A stretch of 64,000 bases of DNA from Eledone cirrhosa (Eukaryota). The stretch covers positions 350,300,001-350,364,000 of the forward strand of contig OZ024741.1 of NCBI GenBank assembly GCA_964016885.1, read 5' to 3'. Within the stretch, counting starts at the first letter, position 1, and the number at the start of each line of letters is the position of its first letter. Positions 23,346-40,064 of the stretch are shown piece after piece. The notes below the pieces were generated by a model. That model saw only the letters and a list, made by a program, of their open reading frames with translations. It was not told the origin of the DNA and made no database searches. A program made the translations under genes and the position numbers.

Positions 23346-25376
23346 TTCTTCCTCTATATCGATTTCCCACTTCTCTCCCTCATTTTATCCTCTTCCCTGG
23401 AAGAAACAATGTATGTTACGACACCCTCCCCCACACGTCTCTACCAGGAGTTACGGGTTAATACACACATGCTCACGTCTAGAATGCTTTATAGTAGGAA
23501 TATTAAATCCACTTCAATATTATACTGGTAATTTATTCATATTCATAAAAAAATATTTATATATTTTGCATTATCTCTGTTCTTAAACATCTCATTTATT
23601 TATATATATATATTTATTTATTTATTTAATTAGTCAGTTAGTTTGTTTGTTAGTTAATTATATGCATTATTGGAATACCAGTACCACCCACTAGCTGTAC
23701 GAGTGAATTATCTATTACTACTACTACTACTACTTCTACTACTACTACTACTACTAGCAGAAGTAGTTACACCTAATACCGTTTCTGATTAATCAAAGGC
23801 ATTCCAGTTGTGACCATCCTGTCATTTTAGGGACCATCTAAGATTACATCACCCAAAATCTTGCTATTACTCCAGCCTCATAGAGGCTCTCTTATATACA
23901 CATATATACACCAGGTCCGAACACAAAACATCTAATCTATCACTGCCTCTGTCTCTCATGCTTATGATCAAAAATATTCAAGCCATAAAAATTGCGTCCT
24001 TTTAGAGATATATTAAAATGTCCTCTTGTATTTTTCAAAACGATGGGTGTGCATTTAAGACAGAATTCCTTACTATTTCTAGCAGTTCAAGCATCCATGT
24101 AAATGATGTTTTTGGTGCTGCAACTGGTGGGTGGTATTAAATCTAATACTCATATTGGCAGCCTTTTATTGAATACTCTTGGTCATGGTATCATATCTGA
24201 TACTCATGGTGGTGATATACCTAATAATCCTGGTCGTGATATCATATCTATACTCCTGCTAGGAATTATAACCGGCAGATAGTATCAGCATTGGAAACAG
24301 CAATGGGAACATAATTTCCTTGGTCTGCTCTAATGATCAGCTTCATTTTGCCGTAGTTTTTCATGGTTGTGGCATAGCTAATATTCCCCGTAGTGATATG
24401 TATGCACACTCCAGGCGTAGGGTGTAGTAATGAAACCACGTGTGCCGGGGCCGAAAATTATTGTGTTCCCACACAGCACCGTTTTTACTACTAACCAACA
24501 CATAGTGTGCAATCTGATATACGGATTGTATTTACTAAATGCAAATTCTGTAAAATCATCGAGCGAGTATCAAACGGCGATCTTAGACAAATTCAATTTG
24601 TCTGGTTCGATAAATATATATATGCAGAGTGGGATTTACGTAAAAGCTAAACAAGCTATAGCTTAGGCCCCCCACTTTCTTGGGGCCCCGAAAAAAAAAA
24701 AAAAAACGGTGTGTACATTTCCAAAATATAAGATAAAAAAGAACTAAAATTATGCAATAGTTTTAAATAGTTTTGTGCTTTAATATTGAGCGTTTTTGCA
24801 GTTTTTATAACATTTTTTATAACATATTATATTTAATACTTCATATTTACTACTTTATATATATATATATATATATATATAACGCCTTAACACATGTAGT
24901 TTGTTTTTATCTGATATTTGGTTTGGTTTTCTCTAAAGTTTTTCTAACAGCAAATGTTCCAACATAAGTTAGTTTTAGGTGCAGTAATGAACATCAACAG
25001 CCTAGTAGTACTAGTAGTATTAGTAGTAGGAGGAGGTTAGTGATGTCGTTTGTGGGCGTGGTAGTGTATTTGCTGCCGCGATAGCTGTAGTACTAATATT
25101 AGCATTTTGTTCTGTCATTTTCGAAGTTTGGATTACCTGCAGCTGGGTTGGTTTCGATGATGGTGGTGATAGTGGTGGTAAGGATGTGTGTGATACACAA
25201 ACTTTCATACCATAGCATTTATCTCTTATCGTTCTGACCTTTTATCATGCCTCCCTTTCTACTACACCTTTTCTCCTAGTGGTTAGTATTTTCTCTACAT
25301 CCTTCTGCTAACGAGCCTCTGCATGGTCACTCAACCTCCTAGACTACTACTACTACTACTACTACTACTGCTGCTG

Positions 25377-25413
<37 letters not shown>

Positions 25414-25968
25414 ATACCAACACCAACCATTTTTCTTCTTTCTCCACCACATGGTCAACTGCATTACACACGTCACTCTGTTCATCAAAATTACCACCCA
25501 CCATCATGAATTTGACCATAATATTAAACATTACTACTACTACTACTACTACTACTTCTACTACTCATCCATCATGACAATGTCATCATCATCAATATCC
25601 CCACCATTATCATATTAATCGCCGCCGCCGCCGCCGTCATTGTCTTCATCATTATGATAAAAGCCTGCTTTTCGTTCGATATAAAATCCTGCTGTGTGTT
25701 AGTGATGAAGTTTGGATTTAATGGATTAAGTATGCAGACGTTTATTAGCCATTAGGGAGGTCTGCTTCAACTTATTAAAATGTCTGAATCATCAACACAG
25801 TTTCGATTGCCTCTTCATTATTTCACCACCCCTACACCAGTAATTTGTTAATATCAAACGAATTGATGGACAGACCAATATTTCTTTTACATTAATTGAG
25901 ACCAAAAATATTTTTATACGCATCGTTATTATGCCCATTTAAAATACACACGAAAAACAAAATGTTGC

Positions 25969-26007
<39 letters not shown>

Positions 26008-26246
26008 CGTGTGTGTGAGCGCACGTATGTGTCTACGCACACTGACACACGTGGAGAAGCTTCAAGCTAAACTGCACACGCTTGATGCAAGTCTGGACAC
26101 ATGCTTTTCCTCTTTAATAGAGATATTGCATAGATAAAAAAGTGACTACCTTCTTGCTATTTTTCAGTTCATAAATAAACCTTAAAAGAAATTAGTGGGT
26201 ATGTAAGTCTAATACATATTCTGTCTTTGTTATTTCTCATCCTAAA

Positions 26247-26680
26247 GGGCGGTGGTTTGGCAGTATCGGTAGGGAGTCGGACGCCATATTTTGCAGCATG
26301 GAGTTACGCCACTTTACGGTCTGGGTTCAAATTCCACCGAGGTTAACTTTGCCTTTCAACCTTACGGGGTCGATAAAATAAAGCACATACTGGGGTCGAT
26401 TTAATCGACTTTCCCCTCCCTCCAAAGTACTGGCCTTGTGCCTACACTAGAAATCGTTATATCTCAATTTACTTATATTGTTCTCTACAATATTAGATTG
26501 TGCAACTGCTCTGAGGTCTTGGATTTTTAACTTCGATTCTCTCATTGAGTGATCATAGAGCCGCATGATCGAATGCCGCCGAGGTTAACTTTGCCTTTCA
26601 TCCTTACGGGGTCGATAAAATAAAGTACCAGTAATGCACTGGGTAATTGCTGGCCTTGTGCCAAAAAGTAGGAACAATTA
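26247..26680 (+). mobile_element. S1 SINE (26247-26460) and partial S1 SINE (26575-26680)
   Basis: Family match. Confidence 0.8.
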
Positions 26681-26689
26681 TATCTAGAT

Positions 26690-27090
26690 ATCTTTTGATC
26701 TACAACGCGGAGGTCCTTTCCGTTCCCCAGTATGGAGTAGAAACGTGGCGCCTCACGAAAACCCTGGCAAAGAGGACCAACGGCTTTGATAGCATAACCT
26801 TGAGGACCAGCGAGAATATCAGATGGTACTATCACATCTCCAACGAAGAGCTGTGTGCGCGCCACGCATCAGCCCGCAGCCTCACGCCTCATAGCCATTC
26901 ATCACATCCACTGGTACGGACGTGTCCTCCGCCTCACGTCAGGACCTAACTCTCCAGCAGCGGTGGGCTAGAAAAGGTCCCGTGGCAGGCCTGCACCAAA
27001 TGGCTCGACGTGATTTAGAAAGATCTCCAAATGTTCGACGTCACATTGACCGCCAGTGTGATCGACGGAATCCCTATAAATCGGTGGTTT
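26690..27090 (+). mobile_element. RTE-clade LINE 3' fragment (decayed)
   Basis: IYNAEVLSVPQYGVETWRLTK...IRWYYHISNEELCAR, then HWYGRVLRL in another frame; typical RTE post-RT motifs (LLYG.ETW, W...VSNEE, W.GHV.R). Confidence 0.8.
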
Positions 27091-28040
27091 CGTATATCGT
27101 CGCAGTCTAATGAATAAGGCCAGTAAAAGAATATGTGTGTGTGTGCATGTATGTCAGTGTATAAAAATCTGTTATTGCAATTGTGTCGGTATTGTAGCTA
27201 CAATGCACCCGTGAACAATTGGAATTATGGCCTTCATAAAATTATTTTCAGTTTCATGATATATTTGGTAGGGTCATAAGATTTCCATGATAAAAAAAAA
27301 ACCCTTTCAACTTGCCTACATTCACTTGAAGGTGAAATGTTCCCAAAATATGTTTTTAGCACGATTGCGCAATATTCATTAGTTATGCAAAACAATCAGT
27401 CAACAAAAATATAATTTTGAAATAACAAACAGAATTAATTCTATAATCTTTATTGAAAACAACATCGTTAATGGAAAATAACCTGATTGAATACTTATGT
27501 TACAATAAGCACAATATTTTATATCTTTGGATTAGACATGCTCGCTTTATTTTCTTTCTATAAAATGTGCAACCTTTTAATCAACCTTCTATATAGAAAG
27601 TGGCTCGACAGCTTCATTCGGCAGTTTTACCTAGATTATATTGAGTTTGTTTGGAACTAGATTAAAGTATAACTCTACAATGATAGTCATCTCATAAAGT
27701 GGTGTCTAGAATTAGTTCCACATATATATATATATATACAAGATATGACGCTAGTGAAATCTTTTATTCATTGAATTTTATATAAGGAATCACGTCACAG
27801 CATCCGAACAGTGCTTCCATAAATTGTCTTGTAGCCACACAACGGCAAAATAATTATTTCATAATTACGTTGCTGATATTTTGTTCTTTTATAGCGTTTG
27901 AAAATACATGAATTAATAATCTAAATCTTTTAATATTGGTGAAGTGATCGATAAGAATGTGGTTTGAAAGAGGAGAAAATGTTTCTCTTCCGTCCTCTTT
28001 TCCCTTTCTATCTTTCTATTTTTTTTTTTATTTCTCATTC

Positions 28041-28080
28041 TATATTCTGATGAACGACTAGCGTCAGAAACGTTAAGACT
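28041..28080 (+). ncRNA. Degenerate minimal hammerhead motif
   Basis: tt CTGATGA a c gac tagc gtc a GAAA cg TT aa. Intact core and ACGT palindrome, but stem I pairs weakly. Confidence 0.4.
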
Positions 28081-28177
28081 ATTCCTTGTATATTAAGCAT
28101 GAAACTAATATCTTCATTGAACCTCATAGTCTGTTGTGTTTTCTTTTCCGTACAGTTTTCACACACATATATCTATA

Positions 28178-28220
<43 letters not shown>

Positions 28221-28222
<2 letters not shown>

Positions 28223-28355
28223 GAGTACTCAATGCATGGGGAGTTCCAGATTGGATATAGAGAAATGTAAAATCCGGACTGCGGCGCCAAGCTGTTTCGG
28301 CTCGCTAAATACATAAGGCTAAACCGCTTGGCACCGCGGTCAGGATTTTACATTT

Positions 28356-28358
<3 letters not shown>
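28221..28358. mobile_element. Fold-back element related to family F
   Basis: Inverted arms at 28260-28297 and 28321-28358 containing (G/T)AAA ccgc ttggcacc gcgg TC aggat. Shares gagtactc.at.c.tgggg with 15607-15624. Confidence 0.7.
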
Positions 28359-28403
<45 letters not shown>

Positions 28404-29299
28404 ATATACAGATTGATAAATACACCAGTTGTATACTGAGGGGTTATGACGTCAATACCAATAATCTGAAACAGTTTCCGTAAATGTTATTGTATCTATA
28501 ACAATGTATTTGAATTTGACCTGTTATATTATCCTCTCTACTCCCTCCCCTCTTCCTCCCCTCTCTCTCTCTTTCCCCTTCTCTCTCTTCCCCTTCTCTC
28601 TCTTCCCGTCTCTCTCTTCCTCTTTCCTCTCTCTCTCTTCTTCTCGCTCTCTCTTCCCCTCCCTCTGGTTCTCTGTCTAATTTACACTCGCGTGTTTGAA
28701 TGTCGTATAATCTTAGATTAATCAAATATAATGGAATGACCAGAAATAGCGATGGTCTGCATCGATAAGAATCAGTTGAGTAAACAAACAAATATACAAA
28801 TAATTAAATAAAATTTCATGTCAGTGAGTCGGCAGCAGAAGGAGAAGAGCTGGTGGTGGTGGAGGAGGTGTGTGTTGGGGGGGGGGGGGGGGGGGGGGGG
28901 CTATCTCTCTCACGGAGATGGATGTCAGATTAGTTGTTATAAATTACCGAAATGGGCCAACGTATAATCGAAATACATCCCTCGATAAGTATATGTTGGA
29001 CAAGCAAGATATATAATAATATCTGGCTATAAATGTTGACAGCGGAGACTTGTAGTGACCAGAGAACATTAATAGTGTCTAGCGAGCAGTACCGCGGTAG
29101 TTGGAGAGGAGAGGGTCAAAATAAAGGATGGTGGTCAAAGATGGAAATAGTTGCTTCTTGTATCAAGATGACGTATCTGATTTGGTCTGATGCTTTCAAT
29201 GTCTGTAGAGACTGTGAATTATTGGTGATGTGGATTACTCTCCTCCTCCTACTCCTCTGCCCTTGTTCCTCTTCCGCTTCTTTTTCCTCCTCCTCTTCT

Positions 29300-29740
29300 T
29301 CTTCGCCGATTTATCACTAGGAGACACGCATTCCAGAAGCTCCCATCAGAAGCAGCCCTCTCCAATTGATCCAGGCTGGATCCCCATGCAAGGCCAGCCG
29401 ATCTCATTGATGTTATTCACCCATCCTGCTTGTGGTTTACCTCTAGGGATCATGTCGGTTGGCTTTGTCTGTAAAATCTGCCCAGTGATTCTAACCATAT
29501 ATTGATATTATTGGAACTGTGATTTTTCAGTTCAGAGATGCAGCGGCTCTGCGTGGATGACTCACTGGTTTCCGAGCAACCCACCCTATCGAGTAACGTT
29601 ACACCAACGTTCCTTTGGAGGAACTCCATTTTGGCAGCTTGTATTCACGATCGTATTCTTTCGGTCATTACCCAAGATTCATGACCATAGATGAGGGTAA
29701 GCATGAAAACCGAATGGAAGATAGCGAGTTTAGTTTTTAC
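29300..29740 (-). mobile_element. RTE-clade LINE 3' fragment (decayed)
   Basis: Minus strand gives YGHESWVMTERIRS*IQAAKMEFL and PRGKPQAGWVNNINEIGWPCMGIQP. Confidence 0.8.
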
Positions 29741-31084
29741 ACCTACCTCTTTTCTTCTGTGTTGTATCTGGCGCGTTACTGCAACAGCTCCTACAATTCT
29801 TGCATTTATTTCAGTTTCCTGCCTTGCAGCACTCGTGGAAATGGCTTAAAGTCTCCCTGAAATCACGAAGAGGGAGTTGACTAAGTAAAATGTCTATTTG
29901 TAGCCAGTACAGGTCATAGGAAAGGCAGCTATTTTGGAGAGTCGGAAAGAACCCTTTGGAATGTGTGCTGTGAGTTCAAATCTCATCAAGGTTAATTTTA
30001 AATTAAATACATTCAAGGTTGATAAAATAAAGTACCAGCGAAGTACCGAATATAATTTACGAAGATCTCCCCATTAATTTGGCTTTGTAGTTTGTGTGTT
30101 CATTCTCGTCACTATCATGGGGTCGTGAGTTCGGTTTCCGGCGGGACATTGTGGCCTTAATCAAGGCACTATATCTTACTCAGCTGGAAAGAAAATTCTT
30201 TGTAACTGTAATTCAAATAGCCTGACATGCACTATAATGTCATGCCGAGTTTCAGTGATAACTAAACAATGTTATGGCTACACGGTGTTTGGAATGCTCA
30301 ACCAGGCTGTTCCGTTGAAGAATTGGAAGAATGGTCGTCGAAACCGATGGGAGCTTAACATAAAAGCCATTCGATTAAATCTGTTCGATGAGCCAGAGAT
30401 TTGAAATTCGAAAATCACACTTGATAAACTCAGTTTCAGATACATTTGACAAATGTATTCTATCTAATATAGGCTCGTATTCACGAATACCTTTTACTTT
30501 TGAGTCGAATATAATAGCGTACCTTAGCGATTCAACAAATATGTACCTAACTAGAATAAGAACATAGCTCAATATGATCGATTAAAACTTTAAAAGCAGT
30601 GCTTAACTATAGCCGCAAGCAAGTGAATGAAAGGAAAACATGTAAAAGATTAGATAGTGCCAGAAAGTAGATGAAAAATTCTCAAGAAAAAAAAAAATAC
30701 TAGACAACTTACACATCCGTTTATAACATGGTTTTTACGTAAAATCCAGCATAACTACAATTTGGTTACCTCCCCATCACCACAACCATTGCATAAATTA
30801 ATATTTCATAACTTGTTTTATAAAATCGTGCATTGATACGTTTGTCAATATCTAGATTACGATTATGGTAATCATTTTTTTTTCTATTCTTTTTGCAATT
30901 AATAGTTGTTCAAATGATAATAGGTTCTTGTAAAAAATCGATGACATTATTCTCGTTGGTAATATTCATTATCAACACAAATTGGAAGCTGGTGATGATA
31001 ACATTTCCGAGTTTACATTTTATTCTTCTACAAATGTAGACTAGAAGTAGTTAGTCAAGGAAAAGCATTAATGAACGAAAGTAT

Positions 31085-31290
31085 ACAATAGTGGCTTTTG
31101 ATTAAGAAATAAGTTTAATAATTTTCGGGAAGGGGTAAGTCAATTAAATTGACCCCAGTGCGGTACTGGTAATTTATTTCATTGACCCTGTAAGGATGAA
31201 AGGCAAAGCTAACCTCGGTGGAATTTGAATTCAGAACGTAAAGGGACGTAAATCTATGCCGTGAAGTATGTTGTCCGACGCTCTACCGAT
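31085..31290 (-). mobile_element. S1-type SINE
   Basis: Core gaccctgtaaggatgaaaggcaaagctaacctcgg and B box. Confidence 0.75.
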
Positions 31291-31604
31291 AATGAAAATA
31301 TTTAAAAAGTAATTTCATTTTGACTTCTCCAACATAATCGTACACATTTAAAAACGTATCTCTGCATGACTTCATTTAAGATATACATCACTAAGAAAGT
31401 TATAAGGAAACACATTTGGTAGAGCAATATTTTTATTTAATAAATATATTAACATATTTCACTTCATGTAATAAGTTCTGAAAATATGCTCCTAATTTTA
31501 CTAAGCTGTTTATATAAAAACAAAGCGGAACAAAAAAAAAAGAAGAAAAGGAAAAGAAAAAGAAAAAAGATTCAAACAACGAAAGAAAGGTAAACGGGGA
31601 GGGA

Positions 31605-31900
31605 TAAATACCACACCACACCGCAGTCAGAGTGGTGCCTCAACCATGCTCCACGGACAAAATGGTAAAGACATTACAGCGAAGAATGGACAGAGACAGC
31701 CGCTGCAACAGCCACAAAATCCCTCGCTACTCTCTCCTGAAGCGGACCGCCATCTTTCCAATTTTACCGAGGAAACCAGCCATGTGAAAATCAAGGACAT
31801 CGGACGTCTCGAAGGAGACCGGTACAAAAAGGAAGTGGTCGGTCAAGCCTCGATATTTAACTATTTCCCCCTCATTTGCATTGCGGGCAGCAAAGCTTGG
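31605..31900 (+). pseudogene. Possible highly decayed Penelope/Poseidon-like GIY-YIG remnant
   Basis: Stitching frames gives ..HGQNGK/TLQRRMD..R....H..F...HVKI.D...EGDRYKKEV....I...FPS, loosely resembling YIGET.K.L..RM..H / V.ILD.E..W..R.V.EA..I...PSLN. Confidence 0.3.
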
Positions 31901-32353
31901 TTTGTGACCAAAGTGACAAGGCTGGAGGCGGCAAACGAGTCGCAGTACTTCGCGTCCCAAATTAGATATTAGCCTCCCTCGAAAGAGAAAAGGGCTAATC
32001 CCTCGATGCCCCAAATTCTCCCAGTTAACTTACATTGAAGTCAAAAATAGTTTTCTGTGCTATTCCAGGAAAGTCATCTGCAGTTGTCTGCCATCGTATC
32101 AAAGTTGGTCGTGGTCACAGTTAGATTTCATTCATTTGAATGCTACAGATGAAATCGGAGTTAAACACTAGTATTTATACCTAGGTCATTGTGATTCATG
32201 AAAAGATTAACCCGGCTAACATTGAACACTTAATCAGTATATTAAGCCGCTTGCACCGAATCCCCTTTACTATCCATAAAGAAAACAATTCCCAATTGAT
32301 AAACAATCACACTTCAGTAACGATACCTGAAATTTCAGCTTTTGTCTGAAGTT

Positions 32354-32551
<198 letters not shown>

Positions 32552-32969
32552 TGGAGAAGTTTCAATTGGCGGCTGTGTAAAAGGTACTACATGCATTCAA
32601 AATGCATCACTTAGGTCAATGTTAGAGTTGTTCAGCTTTGGAATTGTAACTAAAGCAGACGATAATTTATGAAAGTTCATGACCTATAACAATAGGTCAT
32701 TAGAAGTAGGGGATAAGTTATAAGTTATGCTAGCCTTCGTTATATGTTAAAAATATAGCCAGCGGCTATCGGTCCATCCATACTGGCGACAAGGCGTCTA
32801 GAAAATACATTCATATTCATCAGAATAACAATAGATTATTCGGTACCACTATCATCATAATCTAAGTCGTCGTCATCCTCACCGCTATCATAATCACCAC
32901 CACCACCACCATCATCATTATTAACATTATTTTTGTTATTTTATTACTATCTAAATGCTCCTCCTTCTT

Positions 32970-33036
<67 letters not shown>

Positions 33037-33070
33037 CAGCAACAATACTGTTGTTACCACCACCACCACC

Positions 33071-33119
<49 letters not shown>

Positions 33120-33145
33120 GCAACAACACTGTTGTTACCACCACC

Positions 33146-33198
<53 letters not shown>

Positions 33199-33210
33199 CA
33201 CTACCACCAC
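32970..33210. repeat. (TAC)n/(CAC)n compound repeat with a duplicated cagcaacaa.actgttgtt spacer
   Basis: Direct reading. Confidence 0.9.
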
Positions 33211-33559
33211 GACATCGATAAAACATATCTATCTATTATGAGCTCTATGGAACTGTAATCTAAAAAGATGAACCATTTCTCGAATCACGTGAGCCTGTCT
33301 CGCTTTGGTTTCTACAGTGACAAACCCAATAACATTTTTTTAATCACTTTCAAATATGAACCTGCTATATTGTAGATTAACTTTGCAAGGGACATAGCTG
33401 TTTAAAAGTAGGATAGTATGTAAATGAAACCAAGGGCGCAAAACGTTTCCAGCATCAGGGAAAGCATGATATTTTCATATATATTAACAATTTTCTACAT
33501 GCTCACAATAAAGTTGAAATCTGTTTGGGTGTTACATCAATTCTTTATAACACAGTCGC

Positions 33560-33870
33560 TTTCTGACAGGTTTGCAGTCGAGCCCATGGCAGTGGAGAAT
33601 TCTGGTGTCCTTGGCCCTAGGGTCACCTCCCTGCTCACTACTTTCGGCACAGAGTTAGCTACATGCAGGTGTGAGCCTCGCGACCTGGAATTGCTCTTCC
33701 AGCGCGTCTTCATCATCATCCTCCTGCGAAACGCCTTCCCTATTCTGTCCGCCGGAGCCACGGGGTGGCCAGTATGTGGGGCCCCATTTGCTCACAACAG
33801 TGAGAGATGGGCAGAGCGGTGGAGACGGAGGCAGTGTCAGTGGGAGTTTGGTTCTTTTGTGTTCGGACCT
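33560..33870 (+). mobile_element. 3' end of a restriction-like-endonuclease non-LTR retrotransposon (CRE-like)
   Basis: FAVEPMAVENSGVLGPRVTSLLTTFGTELATCRCEPRDLELLFQRVFIIILLRNAFPIL matches the CRE-type C-terminus F.P.AVET.G..G.......LG........DPRE..FLFQR.S..IQRGNA..IL. Confidence 0.7.
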
Positions 33871-33926
33871 GGTATATATATATGTGTATATAAGAGAAAA
33901 TGAAACAGAAAACTAAGAATCTATAT

Positions 33927-34235
33927 CAGAGGTTCTCAAACTTTTGGGGCCACGTAATACCCTCAGCGCCCCCACCCCTATTTCCAGAGAGACCTGCCTA
34001 CATGCAAATTGTAAATAATATATAATAAATAAAATCGTTAATTTATATATAATAAATAATATAATATATACAATATGTAAATATATATCATATAGTTTTT
34101 ATTTTACTATATTTATATATTGTATGTATCATTTGATATTTAATATACTATTTTATCCTCTCTACCGCCCCACCACTCCGTTAGGCCCCAGCGAGCCTTC
34201 TCAACGCCCCCCAGTACCCAATTTGAGAACCTCTG
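33927..34235. mobile_element. hAT (Charlie-like) MITE with 8-bp TSD
   Basis: TIR cagaggttctcaaa / tttgagaacctctg; TSD atctatat at 33919-33926 and 34236-34243. Confidence 0.92.
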
Positions 34236-34789
34236 ATCTATATGATTAACTTATTCTCATAAGATAACCAGGTGTGTGGGGGAGGGGGGATGCACATAAT
34301 GATTGCAGTCCCGCTCTCCCTGCCTAGAGAGATTACTGCGGCTAATTTCAATCTTCAACACTCTGACAAGGATTACTGGATCCGTTTTTCAACTTGAAAA
34401 ACCTCTCTATTTCTTTCTTTCCCTCTCTTCCCCCGCCCCCTCCGCTCTCTCTGAATTGCAAAATCCCAATGATATCTTTGCACACTTCATTTTCCACGAA
34501 ACCCTTTCACTTCTTCCTGTCGAAAGCGGCCCTTTCCAGCGTGAGCAACGGTATTCCGGCAACCTCTCGAATATAATCTTTTCATCTCTTGGGAGGTCTA
34601 CCCTGTGACTTCTTCCCAGGAAATTCGCTTTTATAAGACTTTCTAACATAGCTATCATCTCCTCCTATGATGACATGACAAAACCAGTTTAACCTCTTTT
34701 TTATTAGAGTGTGACTAACTGTTTTCACTTCAAGATATTTTCAGATATAAGCCATTCTGACTATGTCTCTCAATCTCTTGCCTTGAGAT

Positions 34790-35050
34790 AAGGGTGTTGG
34801 ATTTACGATCATAATTTCGTGGGTTCGAATCCTAGGCTGGGTTGCGTGTTGTGTTATTGAGCAACACTTAATTTCACGTTGCTCCAGTATACTCAGCTGA
34901 AAATGAGTACCACCAATAACTGGGGGTTTAATCCTGCGATGGACTGGCGTTCTGTAGTGTGTGTGTGTGGGGGGGTGGGGGGTCTTGTACTCTCAATCGC
35001 TTCTCGGCATGAAACCAGGATAAGCACCGGCCTAACGAGCCTTAAATGGC
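34790..35050 (+). mobile_element. S2 / V-SINE-like element
   Basis: B box ggttcgaatcc, core gtgttgtgtt.ttgagcaa.cactt, tail ctgcgatggactggc...gaaacc.ggataagc. Confidence 0.7.
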
Positions 35051-35507
35051 TTAAGACAGGCTTTAGACTTTAGAAGCTCCTCAAACTATAAGATTTTGCA
35101 TGTTTTCTTTTCTCAATGTCCAGGTTTCACAGTCATAGATTGCTATGGGGATAAGAGCGCAGTACATGACGACTAAACATATGCTTTCATCGGTATCCTA
35201 TATGATGGTATCCGATTAATCTGCTACGATTAATCCGATACCATACTGAAACTCAGACTACTAATAAATATATATGCTAGGTTGCCATGGATTTTAAGTA
35301 ACATAAACTACCTCTATATTTACATATCGGGGCCAATACTTTAGTCATTGTAATTCACACTCAGACAACGACCCCCCCCCCCCCCCATATATATATATAT
35401 ATATATTGGGTGTGTGTGTGTGTGTGTGTGTATTCATTTTATTAAGGCTAAATAGTGACTTTTGTTACTCTGGAGTTGCTTGTTTATCACAGGGTCATCA
35501 GAAAAGA

Positions 35508-38011
<2,504 letters not shown>

Positions 38012-38622
38012 GTCAGGTCACCAGTTGGTGCTACTGGTAACATGTATTCCAGTACAACCTGTCCCATGGTCGGGTCGTTGGCGACTAAACTGGCAACCCC
38101 ACCAAGGTTTCTTGGTGAGGAGGGTGACTTTGGACATCCTGCAGGACTAAAAACAAAACCTGTCAAAAGGCAAAGGAGCTCTTAAGAGTCAATGGCCATC
38201 CAAAATCACCGGGAGAGATGACCCCTTAGCCTTTGTCAAGGCAGAATTCTAGGAGAAGGAAAACTCTGATATAACACCTGCAACCCTGATGGTATCCAAT
38301 GATGTTGACTTGTTCTTCTTTTTGGTAAATATCATCTTGGTCAAGAGAGTGGGACTGGCTTTGTGCAGTGCCTTTGCTCACTATAAAAGCTTCACGGCAC
38401 AGGCATTGCTTTATATCTGGAGATCTCTCTGCATTTGTCGTCACATGGTACCATGGGCCCAGCACTATGTGTCAATAATTGTCACAAGTGTAGTGTTTGT
38501 ACCAGAGCTTTCAAGTCGCTGGCTGGACTAAAAAGTCACACTCGTTCAGCGCATCAGTAGGGGTTCTCCTACATGGATATAAAGTAGTGGCCGTACTCGA
38601 AAACGAGTTGGCAGCCACCATG
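38012..38622 (+). mobile_element. ~610-bp non-autonomous RTE-derived element (5' leader plus 3' end with C2H2 zinc-finger remnant, ATGT tail)
   Basis: Near-identical full-length copies at 57881-58492 and 58608-59216. The 3' part encodes [17 protein letters not shown], resembling the RTE C-terminal zinc finger, and is followed by (ATGT/AT)n. Confidence 0.8.
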
Positions 38623-38830
38623 TATATATATATGTATGTATATATATATGTATGTATATATATATGTATGTATATATATATGTATGTATATATATATGTA
38701 TGTATATATATATGTATGTATATATGTATGTATATATATATATGTATGTATATATATATGTATGTATATATATATGTATGTATATATGTATGTATATATG
38801 TATGTGTATGTATATATATATGTATATATG

Positions 38831-38861
<31 letters not shown>

Positions 38862-38880
38862 ATATATATATATATGTATG

Positions 38881-38940
<60 letters not shown>

Positions 38941-38994
38941 TGTATGTATATATATATGTATGTATATATATATGTATGTATATATATATGTACG

Positions 38995-39032
<38 letters not shown>

Positions 39033-39110
39033 TGTATGTATATATATATGTATGTATATATATATATATGTATGTATATATATATGTATGTATATATATA
39101 TATATGTATG

Positions 39111-39181
<71 letters not shown>

Positions 39182-39202
39182 GTGTGTATATATATATGTG
39201 TG

Positions 39203-39237
<35 letters not shown>

Positions 39238-39264
39238 GTGTGTATATATATATGTGTGTATATA

Positions 39265-39389
<125 letters not shown>

Positions 39390-39402
39390 ATATATATATA
39401 TA

Positions 39403-39453
<51 letters not shown>

Positions 39454-39456
<3 letters not shown>

Positions 39457-39824
39457 CTCACATGTACATATGTATATTAGCATATGTCTATATATATATA
39501 TATATATATATTATATGAACACACATGTACATATGTGTATTAGCATATATGTATATATATATATATATATATATTATATGAACACACATGTACATATGTA
39601 TATTAGCATATATGTATATATATATATATATATTATATGAACACACATGTACATATGTATATTAGCATATATGTATATATATATATATATATATTATATG
39701 AACACACATGTACATATGTATATTAGCATATATGTATATATATATATGAACGCACATGTACATATGTATATTAGCATATATGTATATATATATATGAACG
39801 CACATGTACATATGTATATTAGCA

Positions 39825-39876
<52 letters not shown>

Positions 39877-40002
39877 CGCACATGTACATATGTATATTAG
39901 CATATATGTATATATATATATATGAACGCACATGTACATATGTATATTAGCATATATGTATATATATATATATGAACGCACATGTACATATGTATATTAG
40001 CA

Positions 40003-40064
<62 letters not shown>

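Noticed and set aside
24625-24700. hAT/Tip100-like transposon left end
   Set aside because: No matching right TIR or TSD found.
30375-30572. GIY-YIG C-terminus (IREYEPILD)
   Set aside because: A single short motif with no supporting upstream residues.
38226-38531. Repeated 79-80 aa ORFs as a small gene family
   Set aside because: They are incidental frames inside the RTE-derived repeat.
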